Positions 15,724-25,410 of a DNA stretch of 42,446 nucleotides are shown one piece after another. The notes under the pieces are model-generated. The model was not told the origin of the DNA and searched no databases. It saw only the letters and a list, made by a program, of their open reading frames with translations. Numbering within the stretch: the first letter of the stretch is position 1; each line of letters opens with the position of its first letter. Location of the stretch: the NCBI GenBank assembly GCA_042568575.1, contig JBHPIO010000011.1, positions 1-42,446 on the forward strand, written 5' to 3'. The position numbers and the translations under genes are program-made. This stretch comes from Patescibacteria group bacterium. GTDB taxonomy: Bacteria; Patescibacteriota; Gracilibacteria; UBA1369; PNNO01.

Positions 15724-17990
15724 ATCATCGGTTCCTCGAAATCTTCCGGCTGATCACCAGGCGCCAATTCAATTTCACCTGACTCATCCCACTTGGAAAG
15801 CATGTCTTCAACTTTAGCTACTGGAGTTGAGTATTTCTTTCGAGACTGTTCTACAATTTCTTTAGTGTAATCGTCTTTTGGCTTAACCACATCGAGAGTT
15901 CGGCCTGAGAACGGCCTTCGTACTTCTCCTTTTATGGACATCTTTGTGTAGAAATTTCGAACCGCAAGATTGATAATATCACGAACTTTAAATACCGGAG
16001 TGTACTCATTTTCCAAAACTACGGCATCGTCAGCACCTACACGGAATGTGATCATTGAGCCAACATTACCAAATACAGTCTTTACCATCTGATCAGTTAA
16101 TTGCCCCACAAACTGATGGGCAATCGTTAAATTTAATCTATATTTACGTGCCTCAGATAAAATTTCTTCAAAAGTATCTGTAGCAAAGTTCTGGAACTCA
16201 TCCACATAGAAGTAGAAATCAGTTCGATCCTCTTCTCGCATATCAGCACGACTCATTGCTGCCTGATACATTTTCGTAATAATCATAGCTCCGATCAAAT
16301 TCGAGTTTTCTTCTCCAAGTAGACCTTTAGACACCTTCATCAATAGGATCTTCTTTTTATCCATTACTTCTCGAATGTTGAATTTGTTAGTTGGTTGACC
16401 AATAATATTTCTAATCATGTTCGTTGCAACAAACTGACCAACTTTATTCAAAAGAGGTGTAATTGCCTCAGCATCAAATTTTTCACTCCATCCAGCAAAC
16501 TCGTTCACCCAGAAGTTTTTAACGACCGAATCTTTAATTCTGGCTGTGATCGTTTGTCTGTAATTCTTGTCCGAAAGCATCTTTAAGATACTCAAAACAG
16601 TTGTGTTTGGTGAGTCAAGAAGCGCCAGAGTTGTGTATCTTAAAACGTGTTCGAGCCTGTCACTCCAGTTTGAACCGAATAGCTTTTTAAAGATATTAAT
16701 AAACCCGACAGTCATCTGCATCTTGTATGCTTCATCAACCTTCTCCAGTGGATTAAACGCAATCGGGAAGTTTGTATCTCCAGGATCAAAATAAACTACA
16801 TCATTAATACGATCTTCTGGGATCATCTGCATAATATTATCAACAAGATCTCCATGAGGATCCAAAACCGCTACACCTTCACCATTTTTAATATCTTCAC
16901 TAATAAAAAGTTCAAGTAGTTTACTTTTCCCTGTACCACTCTTACCTACTGTATAAAGATGTCTTCTTCTGTCTTCACGTTTTATTCCAAAATCATCAAA
17001 CGAATTATGATAATTTGTTTTACCAAAGAAACTCACATCTTTGCCTCGAGTTTTTGGAAGATCCTGAGGCGGTTCCGCCTTTTTAGATAAGACATGGACG
17101 ATATGCGGCACATGGTCAGAATTTGGAAAATGATATAAAGTCGCCAGTTCCTTTGCGCTTAAGATCTGATCTTCATCCATATTTCTCTTTCGGAATGACT
17201 CCAAAAAGGATTTTGCACGAATTGGTCTGCCTGCGACAAACTCATTGAAGTCAATTTTATTATACTGATAAAACGCCTTCGAAATGGCTTCCAAACGAGC
17301 ATTGGCAAGTTGTTGATCTTTAGCAAAACATGCCAGTCGTACCTGGAACTTGAATGGATGAGTTGCCGTTTTTTCAATAAATGCCTTCTTCTCTTCTTCA
17401 AAGAATTCCTTTCTTCCCTTTAGCCTTGTGTAGTTTTTAAGGCGGAATACCCTTTTGATTCCGTTAAAGAACATGCGAAATCTCCGTTGTAAATGATAAA
17501 GCCAGTTGTCATGTTTAGGTGAAACAAGAATTTGAACCCAAAGTTGTTCATCCTGTCCTATTTTTGAAATAACCGCAAAGGCTCCTGCCAAACTATCTAC
17601 TTCAAAATCTTCATAATCGAGAATTGGATAAATGTCGCTCCTTTTTAATTTAAGCTTTGCTCCAGCAAAAGGAAGTTTTTGAGTTATTGCAAAATTAGTA
17701 TAATCCTTGCTATCAATAATTTCGCAATCCGGAAAAGTACTATATAAAAGCCCTTCAACAAGCGCAAAAAGATCAGCCGGCGCTACAATATAGAAATAAG
17801 AATATTGCCTATATCCAAATACTTCAAGACTAATTGTGCGACCTTTAATGGATTTATAAAGGTTATTCAGAAACTGAAGAAATTTTACTTCCTTTTTAGG
17901 ATCAGCTTCTGTTCCTTGAGGGACTACTACATGTAAATATTTTAGATCCATGTGAGGCTTTAAAAAATGTACCGTTGCATCGTGACACAT
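15720..17990 (-). CDS. VirB4/TrwB/HerA-like (DUF87) P-loop ATPase of the type common in CPR
   Basis: DRRRHLYTVGKSGTGKS (Walker A), LDPHGDL, FNPLE, FYVDEFQNF (Walker B) and ILSEARKYRLNLTIAHQF. Confidence 0.88.
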   Translation of the reverse strand: MCHDATVHFLKPHMDLKYLHVVVPQGTEADPKKEVKFLQFLNNLYKSIKGRTISLEVFGYRQYSYFYIVAPADLFALVEGLLYSTFPDCEIIDSKDYTNFAITQKLPFAGAKLKLKRSDIYPILDYEDFEVDSLAGAFAVISKIGQDEQLWVQILVSPKHDNWLYHLQRRFRMFFNGIKRVFRLKNYTRLKGRKEFFEEEKKAFIEKTATHPFKFQVRLACFAKDQQLANARLEAISKAFYQYNKIDFNEFVAGRPIRAKSFLESFRKRNMDEDQILSAKELATLYHFPNSDHVPHIVHVLSKKAEPPQDLPKTRGKDVSFFGKTNYHNSFDDFGIKREDRRRHLYTVGKSGTGKSKLLELFISEDIKNGEGVAVLDPHGDLVDNIMQMIPEDRINDVVYFDPGDTNFPIAFNPLEKVDEAYKMQMTVGFINIFKKLFGSNWSDRLEHVLRYTTLALLDSPNTTVLSILKMLSDKNYRQTITARIKDSVVKNFWVNEFAGWSEKFDAEAITPLLNKVGQFVATNMIRNIIGQPTNKFNIREVMDKKKILLMKVSKGLLGEENSNLIGAMIITKMYQAAMSRADMREEDRTDFYFYVDEFQNFATDTFEEILSEARKYRLNLTIAHQFVGQLTDQMVKTVFGNVGSMITFRVGADDAVVLENEYTPVFKVRDIINLAVRNFYTKMSIKGEVRRPFSGRTLDVVKPKDDYTKEIVEQSRKKYSTPVAKVEDMLSKWDESGEIELAPGDQPEDFEEPMI

Positions 17991-18097
17991 TTTATTTTAT
18001 AATATTTTTTTGCACAATTTGCAAGCTCAAATTTATTTATTTACAAAATAACACACAAATGCTAAATTTACACCGCAAATAACATATAATTCAATAT

Positions 18098-18430
18098 ATG
18101 AGTACAACTGACGACAACCCCACGTCAGACGACAAGCCTCCCCCTAATTTAGGAATCTCTAGAGATGTGAAAAGAGTAATTCGAAAACTCTCAGATAGTT
18201 ACGAGCTGCGTGACTATGCTTTTCATATTGCGGCATATCATGCACAACATCTAACTGATGAGGCAGCAGGGTTTCGAAATCGCCTTTTGCTACAGGGACT
18301 GGATGAAGAGGACCTCTTTACTATTCATGAGTTTCTGAACATAAAGTTTGATGGCGAACTTATGAAAATGTATGACAAAAATCTCACAGAACAAAGAGCT
18401 GAGATGCTTGGATCATTTATTACTAAGTAG
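18098..18430 (+). CDS. Hypothetical protein
   Basis: 110-aa ORF filling the intergenic space, with an AT-rich promoter-like upstream region. Confidence 0.6.
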   Translation: MSTTDDNPTSDDKPPPNLGISRDVKRVIRKLSDSYELRDYAFHIAAYHAQHLTDEAAGFRNRLLLQGLDEEDLFTIHEFLNIKFDGELMKMYDKNLTEQRAEMLGSFITK

Positions 18431-18432
18431 GC

Positions 18433-18819
18433 TTATTTTTTACCGCATTTACCGCATTTACCGAATGCGTTTATATATGCATCTTCGATATTGAAGTCTT
18501 TTACCCAGCTTAAACAGGAAACACATTTAAAGCTGGCTGGCTTGAAAACATTCTGTATATCACCACATTGGCTGCAAATAAGATGATGATGCGGTCTTTC
18601 TTCTGCTTCATATACAGCTCTTTCTGAAGAAATAACAACTTTTCTTATTTTCCCAGAATGTTCAAGAACCCCAAGATTTCTATAAACTGTTCCAAAACTA
18701 ATCTTTGGAGCTTTCTTCTTTACGATTTTATATATCTCATCAGCAGTAAGGTGAGAATCTGCCTTCTTAAGCTCTTCAAATATAAGCTCCCTCTGATGAG
18801 AATATCGTTGCTGCATCAA
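18433..18819 (-). CDS. Fur/PerR family transcriptional regulator
   Basis: HLTADEIY, ISFGTVYRNL, HHHLICSQCG and C-terminal CGKC. Confidence 0.93.
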   Translation of the reverse strand: MMQQRYSHQRELIFEELKKADSHLTADEIYKIVKKKAPKISFGTVYRNLGVLEHSGKIRKVVISSERAVYEAEERPHHHLICSQCGDIQNVFKPASFKCVSCLSWVKDFNIEDAYINAFGKCGKCGKK

Positions 18820-18917
18820 TAATGATTAATGGTCGTTCCCATTGTAAGGCTAAACACTTGCTTTTTCAATAAAACAAATTATGATTAGACATGAAACATA
18901 TTATAACAATCTAGCTT

Positions 18918-19142
18918 ATGAAAGGCGCTCATGTTGACCCAGTAACTTGTATAGGATGCGGACTTTGCGTTCAACTTTGTCCAGCAGTTTTTGCAATGCA
19001 GGATGATGGGAAATCAAAAGCAGTAAATCCTACAGGAGATGGAAACGACGATTCTCAGCAATGCATTCAGGGATCTATAGACGCATGCCCTGTTACCGCT
19101 ATTAGCTGGACTGAAGAAGAACAAGAAGAAGCTGCTGCATAA
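18918..19142 (+). CDS. Single-cluster [4Fe-4S] ferredoxin
   Basis: CIGCGLCVQLCP...ACPVTAI. Confidence 0.93.
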   Translation: MKGAHVDPVTCIGCGLCVQLCPAVFAMQDDGKSKAVNPTGDGNDDSQQCIQGSIDACPVTAISWTEEEQEEAAA

Positions 19143-19157
19143 CATTAACTGCAAATT

Positions 19158-20051
19158 ATGCCCGAAGAAAGCCAACTCACATGGTATGTTGTCCCTTCAA
19201 TAATTGCGATATCTATCTTTATTGCAGCTATTTTCATCGAATTTGTGGCACGAAAACATGCGGCTATTAAAAAACTCGAGGAAGTTTTAAAAAGTGGCTC
19301 TTTTCTTTCACCAACAATATTATCGATTACAATTGGAGTTCTATTGATTGTTAGCGGAGCTTATCATTTCTTGTTTGCACCCGGACTCGCTCTTGGAGAA
19401 TCAGCTTTTCACGTGATTCTGAGATATGCGGAAATAATTATTGGGATAGGACTGGTTATTGGAATCTTTAGAAGGTTAATGACTGCAGGCATGATTGCAC
19501 TTTTCATTGCTGCATTTTTTGCTTTCCCCTACTTAAAAGTCCTTGATTATTCTATTTACGCAGGCGTTGCTGCTTATCTGTTTCTGGTTCATAGGGATGC
19601 GCTTAGTTTCAGCTTTTTCTTTCACCCAATTGGAAAGAAGGAAATGCTAGATACTCAACGGAAATACGCATTTCCTATTTTAAGATTCATTGCAGGGCTT
19701 AGTCTTGCTTATGCGGCCTTCCATCACAATATTTTGCTCCCAGAAGGTGCGGTAGCATTTGTTGAGCAAAAGCCTTTATTGAATATAATGCAAAGCATTA
19801 TCGGAATGGAGACTTTCAGTCATGGTCTTTTCGTATTCCAAGCAGGTGTGTTTGGAATGATGTTTGGACTTCTTTTAACCTTTGGTCTGCTAGAAAGAAT
19901 CACTTCAACGATTATTATTATTGGCCTGCTTCTTGGTATTGGATTTGTAGGAGTCACTTTCCTTCCAGTTGCAATTCCATATTTTGCAGTGGTTTACATC
20001 GTATTTACAGGCAATCAATTTGAAGATAGAGAGAAGGTTGCTAAAGGCTAA
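19158..20051 (+). CDS. DoxX-like polytopic membrane protein
   Basis: Multiple TM helices with internally repeated DoxX-like segments (EIIIGIGLVIGIFRR / FGLLLTFGLLER). Co-oriented with the ferredoxin. Confidence 0.6.
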   Translation: MPEESQLTWYVVPSIIAISIFIAAIFIEFVARKHAAIKKLEEVLKSGSFLSPTILSITIGVLLIVSGAYHFLFAPGLALGESAFHVILRYAEIIIGIGLVIGIFRRLMTAGMIALFIAAFFAFPYLKVLDYSIYAGVAAYLFLVHRDALSFSFFFHPIGKKEMLDTQRKYAFPILRFIAGLSLAYAAFHHNILLPEGAVAFVEQKPLLNIMQSIIGMETFSHGLFVFQAGVFGMMFGLLLTFGLLERITSTIIIIGLLLGIGFVGVTFLPVAIPYFAVVYIVFTGNQFEDREKVAKG

Positions 20052-20320
20052 AGATCATATAAGTCTTTTAGACGTGGTCCAGAAAGAGGGGTGCAGCCCT
20101 TTCGACCTATTTCCATCTTCTTTCTGCTAAGCCATCTTGTAAATAAGTTGCATAAATCTTCATCACCAACATAAAAACCGACGCCTTTTTGAGTTACAAA
20201 AGACTTCAAAAACATTTTAACAAGTGGACTAAGACCTATGCCAAACTGTGTTTTACATTTATTTTTAGCCATTTGGTAGAGTTCGGAATCCATACGAATT
20301 GTAAGTTGTTGTTGCTTCAT
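20048..20320 (-). CDS. Small hypothetical protein with a ribbon-helix-helix-like N-terminus
   Basis: QLTIRMDSELYQMAKNKC...GIGLSPLVKMFL resembles RHH/RelB-type DNA-binding domains. Confidence 0.55.
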   Translation of the reverse strand: MKQQQLTIRMDSELYQMAKNKCKTQFGIGLSPLVKMFLKSFVTQKGVGFYVGDEDLCNLFTRWLSRKKMEIGRKGCTPLSGPRLKDLYDL

Positions 20321-20414
20321 GGTAGTAGTTGTTAATGGGGCTATCAAAATGTACAGCAAAAAGATAGCAAAATCGATAGCGTTGTTTTGATGCGACTCCT
20401 CACTGCCAGATCGC

Positions 20415-20443
20415 TTGATCGTTGTGTATTTTTATTGTATAAT
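20415..20443 (+). promoter_or_regulatory. Sigma70 promoter of the RuBisCO gene
   Basis: TTGATC-17 nt-TATAAT, about 30 nt upstream of the ATG. Confidence 0.65.
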
Positions 20444-20472
20444 ATACTAATGTAAAACTAACAAAAACAAAT

Positions 20473-21777
20473 ATGAAATACCAAGACTCATTTCACTACA
20501 TAGATGAGAATTATACTCCGAAAGATTCGGATGTGATTTGCTTGTATCGTTTTGTTCCAAAACCAGGAACTAGTGTTGAAGAAGCTGCAGAGCAAATTGC
20601 TGCGGAATCTTCAATTGGTACATGGACAAAGATTTCAACAATGAACGAACACATTGCAAACACCCTTAAACCTCATATTTTTGCTTTAGACAAAGTGAAA
20701 GGATTAGTGAAAATTGCTTATCCAATTGGACTTTTTGAGATTGGAAATATGTCTGGGATCCTTTCTTCAATTTGCGGGAATATCCTGGGAATGAAAATTC
20801 TGGAAGAACTGAGAGTTTGTGACATCAAATTTCCAAAAGACGTTATCGAGAAATTTCCCGGGCCAGCTCTTGGAATCGAAGGAATCAGAAAAACCGTTAA
20901 CGTTTACGACCGTCCTTTTACAGGAACGATTGTGAAGCCAAAAGTTGGACTAACTAGCGAACAGCATGCGGAAGTCGGTTATCAAGCGTGGTCAGGTAAT
21001 GAAGGACAAGGTCTTGATATCGTTAAAGACGATGAGAATCTTACTTCTCAGACTTTCAATAGTTTTGATAAAAGAATGGAGCTTACACTAGCAATGAAGA
21101 AAAAAGTTGAAGAGGAAACAGGGCAAAAGAAATTTTATCTTGCAAACATCACTCACTCGAATTTTGATGAAATGATGCGAAGAAGTGATCTTGTTAAAAG
21201 TCTTGGAGGTCATGTATGTATGCTTGATGTTGTGACTCTTGGATTCGCAGCAGTTGAAAGTTACAGACGAAAAAACACTGGTCAAATTATTCATGCTCAT
21301 AGGGCAATGCATGGAGCTATTACAAGGGAACCTGGATTTACAGTTTCGATGCTTGTTCTTTCTAAGGTTTATAGAATGCTTGGAGTCGATCTACTTCATA
21401 CTGGAACTGCAGGCGCTGGAAAAATGGAAGGTGGAGCTCTTGAGACAATGACAATCGTTGATGCACTTGAGAAAGACTCTGTACCTGAAGATCCAAAAGC
21501 AGAATCTCTCGGACAAGAATGGTACGGAATGAAGCCAGTTTTGGCTGTTGCTTCAGGCGGATTACATCCAGGGAAAATCCCGTTAGTCGTTGAGAAAATG
21601 GGAATTGATATCGTTTGCCAAATGGGTGGAGGTTGTCATGGACATCCGGATGGAACTGCTGTTGGTGCTCAAGGAATTGTTCAAGCTACTGAAGCTGCTG
21701 TAAAAGGAATCCCAATTGAAGAATATGCTCAGGATAAGCCAGCTCTAAAGAAAGCACTAGAAAAATGGGGAGTGTAA
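20473..21777 (+). CDS. rbcL: Ribulose-1,5-bisphosphate carboxylase large chain, form III (archaeal type)
   Basis: AAESSIGTW, GNILGMK, GTIVKPKVG, catalytic DIVKDDENLTSQ, HAHRAMH, GKMEG, VASGGLH and GGGCHGHPDG. Confidence 0.93.
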   Translation: MKYQDSFHYIDENYTPKDSDVICLYRFVPKPGTSVEEAAEQIAAESSIGTWTKISTMNEHIANTLKPHIFALDKVKGLVKIAYPIGLFEIGNMSGILSSICGNILGMKILEELRVCDIKFPKDVIEKFPGPALGIEGIRKTVNVYDRPFTGTIVKPKVGLTSEQHAEVGYQAWSGNEGQGLDIVKDDENLTSQTFNSFDKRMELTLAMKKKVEEETGQKKFYLANITHSNFDEMMRRSDLVKSLGGHVCMLDVVTLGFAAVESYRRKNTGQIIHAHRAMHGAITREPGFTVSMLVLSKVYRMLGVDLLHTGTAGAGKMEGGALETMTIVDALEKDSVPEDPKAESLGQEWYGMKPVLAVASGGLHPGKIPLVVEKMGIDIVCQMGGGCHGHPDGTAVGAQGIVQATEAAVKGIPIEEYAQDKPALKKALEKWGV

Positions 21778-21887
21778 AGTCCTCATAGATAGATACGGCA
21801 ATGTCTAAGAAGCTTACGCAAGCCAAGTTAGTTGCAGAAGTTATTTAAGATTTTATAATGAAGGCCTTTATTTTAAGGCCTCATTTT

Positions 21888-22853
21888 ATGTCCAAGTTCC
21901 AAAAAGAATTCGAAAAAGCGCTTAAACTAATTAAGAAATCAAATGACATCTTGATTGTTTCTCACAAGAATCCCGATGGAGACACCGTTGGATCGAATCT
22001 TTCGTTGCGGCAAGTGCTTATTTCTGACTTTGGCAAAAATGTAACTTCAGCCTGCGTTGATCCCCTGCCAAATTCGTTGCTTTTCTTGGCTGACAGCAAC
22101 ATTTTTGAAAACAAAATCGATCCGAATAAACACGACCTTATCATTACTGTTGATGCAAGTAGCATTGATCAGCTGAAATTTGCGGAAATAGATGAGAGAC
22201 TTCTAAAGTCAGGGAAAGACATAATTAATATCGATCATCATCCTACTAATAAAAAGTTCGGAACTCTGAATATTGTTGATGAAAATGTTTCATGTGCAAC
22301 AGAGATTCTTTATTATTTTTTCGAATTTATAGGAGCGACAATCGCGCCAAATACAGCGACATATCTTCTTGCAGGTCTTTACAATGATACTGGAAGTTTC
22401 ATGCATTCAAATACAAGCCCATCAAGTTACAAGATGGCTTCTAAACTACTTGAAGCTGGTGCAGCTTTGCCTCGCATAGTGAAACACATGTTTAAAACAC
22501 AGTCAGTTGAGCAATTACGTTTATGGGGAAAAGTACTATCTAATGCGCGAATGAATAAGAAAGGAACTCTAGTTTCCAAGGTCACCAACAACGATTTTTA
22601 TGAAACAAATTCCAGTCCAAGGGATTTGATGGGAGTCATTAATTATTTGAATTCTGTTTCGCAAAGCAATTTGAGTGTGCTACTTTCCGAAGATATGAAA
22701 GGGCATGTAAAGGGTTCTATGCGCACAGTCAAAGATGATGTAGATGTAGCTTCTTTATGTGAGAAACTTGGAGGAGGAGGACACAAAAAAGCTGCTGGTT
22801 TTACAATCCCTGGTAAAATCGTAACTGAAGAAGTGTGGAGAATTGAGGAATAA
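21888..22853 (+). CDS. nrnA: DHH/DHHA1 phosphoesterase (bifunctional oligoribonuclease/pAp phosphatase NrnA)
   Basis: SHKNPDGD, NIDHH, DTGSF and GGGGHKKAAG motifs. Confidence 0.88.
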   Translation: MSKFQKEFEKALKLIKKSNDILIVSHKNPDGDTVGSNLSLRQVLISDFGKNVTSACVDPLPNSLLFLADSNIFENKIDPNKHDLIITVDASSIDQLKFAEIDERLLKSGKDIINIDHHPTNKKFGTLNIVDENVSCATEILYYFFEFIGATIAPNTATYLLAGLYNDTGSFMHSNTSPSSYKMASKLLEAGAALPRIVKHMFKTQSVEQLRLWGKVLSNARMNKKGTLVSKVTNNDFYETNSSPRDLMGVINYLNSVSQSNLSVLLSEDMKGHVKGSMRTVKDDVDVASLCEKLGGGGHKKAAGFTIPGKIVTEEVWRIEE

Positions 22854-22891
22854 CATGATATATTTGTCGAGAAGTCTCTTAAACAACTAAA

Positions 22892-23080
22892 ATGAGAAGT
22901 TCTTGCTATTGCAAAGGCATCATTATGATTGTTGCTGGCGTACTGTATTTGCTTGAAAGCTTACAGGTTATTCAGCTTGGCATAATGCCATACTGGCCAG
23001 TACTCTTTATCTTAATGGGTCTATTATGCCTTCTTCCTGATTGCCTGTGTGGAGCAGGTAATGGTCGTAGGAAAGATTAA
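22892..23080 (+). CDS. Small membrane protein (LiaF-TM/DUF5668-like)
   Basis: GIIMIVAGVLYLL...YWPVLFILMGL pattern. Confidence 0.6.
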   Translation: MRSSCYCKGIIMIVAGVLYLLESLQVIQLGIMPYWPVLFILMGLLCLLPDCLCGAGNGRRKD

Positions 23081-23178
23081 CAACCAGGAGCACAATTTTA
23101 TTCCTATCAAACCTTCCACTAAGCAGGTGATGTTGCTATACTTCTAGCAATAAATATTTTTGAGTAACTTTTATTGTT

Positions 23179-24891
23179 ATGGCAGCAAAAAAACGACTGA
23201 ATGGTTCGCAAATATTATTTGAATGCCTTCTTGCTGAAGGTGTGGATACAGTCTTTGGGTATCCTGGCGGCGCCGTCCTCCCAATTTATGACACAATGCC
23301 GCAATACAAAAAAATCAGACACATTTTAGTAAGGCACGAGCAAGGCGCCGCCTTCGCAGCAGAGGGTTACGCCCGTGTCACAGGCAAACCCGGTGTTTGC
23401 TTCGCAACCTCGGGCCCCGGTGCAACAAACCTCGTAACTGGAATCGCAAACGCATACTTGGACTCCATTCCTGTCGTCTACTTCACAGGCCAAGTACCTC
23501 TTAGTGTTATCGGAACAGATGCCTTCCAGGAAATCGACATCGCCGGTATCAGCATCCCAATCACAAAACACAACTACCTCGTTGATGACGTGAAAGACCT
23601 AGCTCGAGTAATTAAAGAGGCATTCCACATTGCAACTCACGGAAGACCCGGCCCGGTTCTTATCGACCTACCTAAAGACGTTCAAGTCCATGAAACCGAA
23701 TTCGAGTATCCTAAAACAGTTAACCTTCCCGGATATAGACCTAAAACCGAGGGCTCCTCTAAACAAGTTAAAAGAGCAATCAGTACTATTGCAAAGGCAA
23801 AAAAGCCACTTATCATTGCTGGCCACGGAGTACTTCTAAGCGATGCATCAAAAGAATTCGTTGAATTCGTTGATAAATATCAAATCCCTGTGGTTAACAC
23901 AATCCTCGGCCTCGGATCAATCCCAGAAGATCATCCGCTGGCACTTGGAATGCTTGGTATGCACGGTCACGCTGTTTGTAACTACGCTACCCATCATGCT
24001 GATCTCATTATCGGCCTCGGAGAACGTTTTGACGACAGAATCACCGGTGATCTCAAAACCTTTGCGAAAGGTGCTGACATCATCCACATCGACATCGATC
24101 CTGCAGAAATCGGCAAGAATACTCACGTTACTGTTCCCATCGTAGGTGACTGCAAAAAAGTACTTAAGTCATTCAATAAAGAAACTACAAAATCATCCAA
24201 AAGCAAATACTCAAAATGGATGAGCGAACTTACTAAATACACTGAAAAAACTGCTGCTTTCCAGGAAAGAAAACTCCGCACAAAAAGTCGAAAGGACTCA
24301 GATATTCCTCGTGTTGGGGAAGTAGTCCAGGCTATCCGCAAAGTTGCAGACAAGGATGCTATTTTCGTAACCGATGTCGGACAGCACCAAATGTTCGCAG
24401 CACAGAATTACCATTTCTCTCATCCAAATACTATTGTTACTTCTGGCGGACTGGGATCAATGGGTTTTGCCCTTCCCGCTGCTATGGGAGCGAAGTTAGC
24501 TAAACCTAACAAAGAAGTCTGGGTTATCTGTGGTGACGGAGGATTCCAAATGAACATTCAGGAACTTCAAACCCTTATTCAGGATAAAATCGATCTCAAA
24601 ATTGTCATTAGCAATAACGGATTCCTTGGCATGGTTCGACAATGGCAGGATCTTTTCTATAAGAAGCAGTATATCGGCACACCAATGACTGTGCCAAACA
24701 TTGAGAAACTCAGCGATGCATACGGTCACAAGTACGTTAAAGCAACTACAAAAGGTGAAATTCTTCCTGCTCTTGAGAAAGCAAAGAAAACTAAAGGAAC
24801 TGTTATTTGTGAATGCATTACTGAATCTGAGGAAAACGTATTCCCAATGGTTCCAAGCGGGAAATCCCTTGAAGACACATTAATCGGCTAA
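23179..24891 (+). CDS. ilvB: Acetolactate synthase large (catalytic) subunit, biosynthetic type
   Basis: FGYPGGAVLP, RHEQGA, TSGPGATN, RFDDRITG, DVGQHQM and the ThDP motif GDGGFQMN...NNGFLGMVRQWQ. Confidence 0.94.
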   Translation: MAAKKRLNGSQILFECLLAEGVDTVFGYPGGAVLPIYDTMPQYKKIRHILVRHEQGAAFAAEGYARVTGKPGVCFATSGPGATNLVTGIANAYLDSIPVVYFTGQVPLSVIGTDAFQEIDIAGISIPITKHNYLVDDVKDLARVIKEAFHIATHGRPGPVLIDLPKDVQVHETEFEYPKTVNLPGYRPKTEGSSKQVKRAISTIAKAKKPLIIAGHGVLLSDASKEFVEFVDKYQIPVVNTILGLGSIPEDHPLALGMLGMHGHAVCNYATHHADLIIGLGERFDDRITGDLKTFAKGADIIHIDIDPAEIGKNTHVTVPIVGDCKKVLKSFNKETTKSSKSKYSKWMSELTKYTEKTAAFQERKLRTKSRKDSDIPRVGEVVQAIRKVADKDAIFVTDVGQHQMFAAQNYHFSHPNTIVTSGGLGSMGFALPAAMGAKLAKPNKEVWVICGDGGFQMNIQELQTLIQDKIDLKIVISNNGFLGMVRQWQDLFYKKQYIGTPMTVPNIEKLSDAYGHKYVKATTKGEILPALEKAKKTKGTVICECITESEENVFPMVPSGKSLEDTLIG

Positions 24892-24902
24892 CATTACTTC
24901 CC

Positions 24903-25397
24903 ATGGCAATAACTGACGAAGACAAAAAATTCCTCGAAATTATTGATAGAGAAGAACCTAATGCAAACTGCCTGCGTGCAAACATAGCAGCAGCAATTGT
25001 TAAAGATGGAGAACTCCTCATAAAGCACTGTAACGACTGGCACCCTGAATATAACTGCAGCGAAATAGGATGCATCCGCAATGAAATGAAAGTTGAATCA
25101 GGTACTCGCCGCGAAATATGCTACGGTATATGTGCAGAACAATGGTGCCTTGCCCTTGCCGCAAAGCAAGGATTAAACGTTGAAGGCTCAACAATGTACT
25201 GCACAAAACATCCATGCCGGGTCTGCTCCAGTTTAATTGCCGAATCAGGCATTAAAAGAGTTGTCTTCCAAGAAGGTTACCCGGAAGTTGTCCCCCGTTT
25301 CAACATCCTTAAAGATCGAGGCATAATAGTCGAACAAGGTCCAAACATTGTTTACCCAGATGACGCACCGCCTGAACGAAAGATCTGGTCGGTTTAA
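24903..25397 (+). CDS. dCMP deaminase/ComEB-like zinc deaminase
   Basis: CLRANIAAAIVKD, CAE (in place of HAE), PCRVC and GIKRVVF..GY. Confidence 0.85.
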   Translation: MAITDEDKKFLEIIDREEPNANCLRANIAAAIVKDGELLIKHCNDWHPEYNCSEIGCIRNEMKVESGTRREICYGICAEQWCLALAAKQGLNVEGSTMYCTKHPCRVCSSLIAESGIKRVVFQEGYPEVVPRFNILKDRGIIVEQGPNIVYPDDAPPERKIWSV

Positions 25398-25410
25398 TAA
25401 TCATGTCCTT

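Noticed and set aside
15720-17990. Conjugative element or ICE
   Set aside because: The ATPase stands alone, with no relaxase, other T4SS genes or integrase. Similar ATPases are common chromosomal CPR genes.
20473-21777. RuBisCO-like protein (form IV) or Calvin cycle
   Set aside because: Active-site motifs of true RuBisCO are present, but no prk or small subunit is seen to support a Calvin cycle.
21778-21887. Short ORF MSKKLTQAKLVAEVI and AGGCCTT/AAGGCCT hairpin after rbcL
   Set aside because: Too short to assign. It could be a gene remnant or a chance occurrence.
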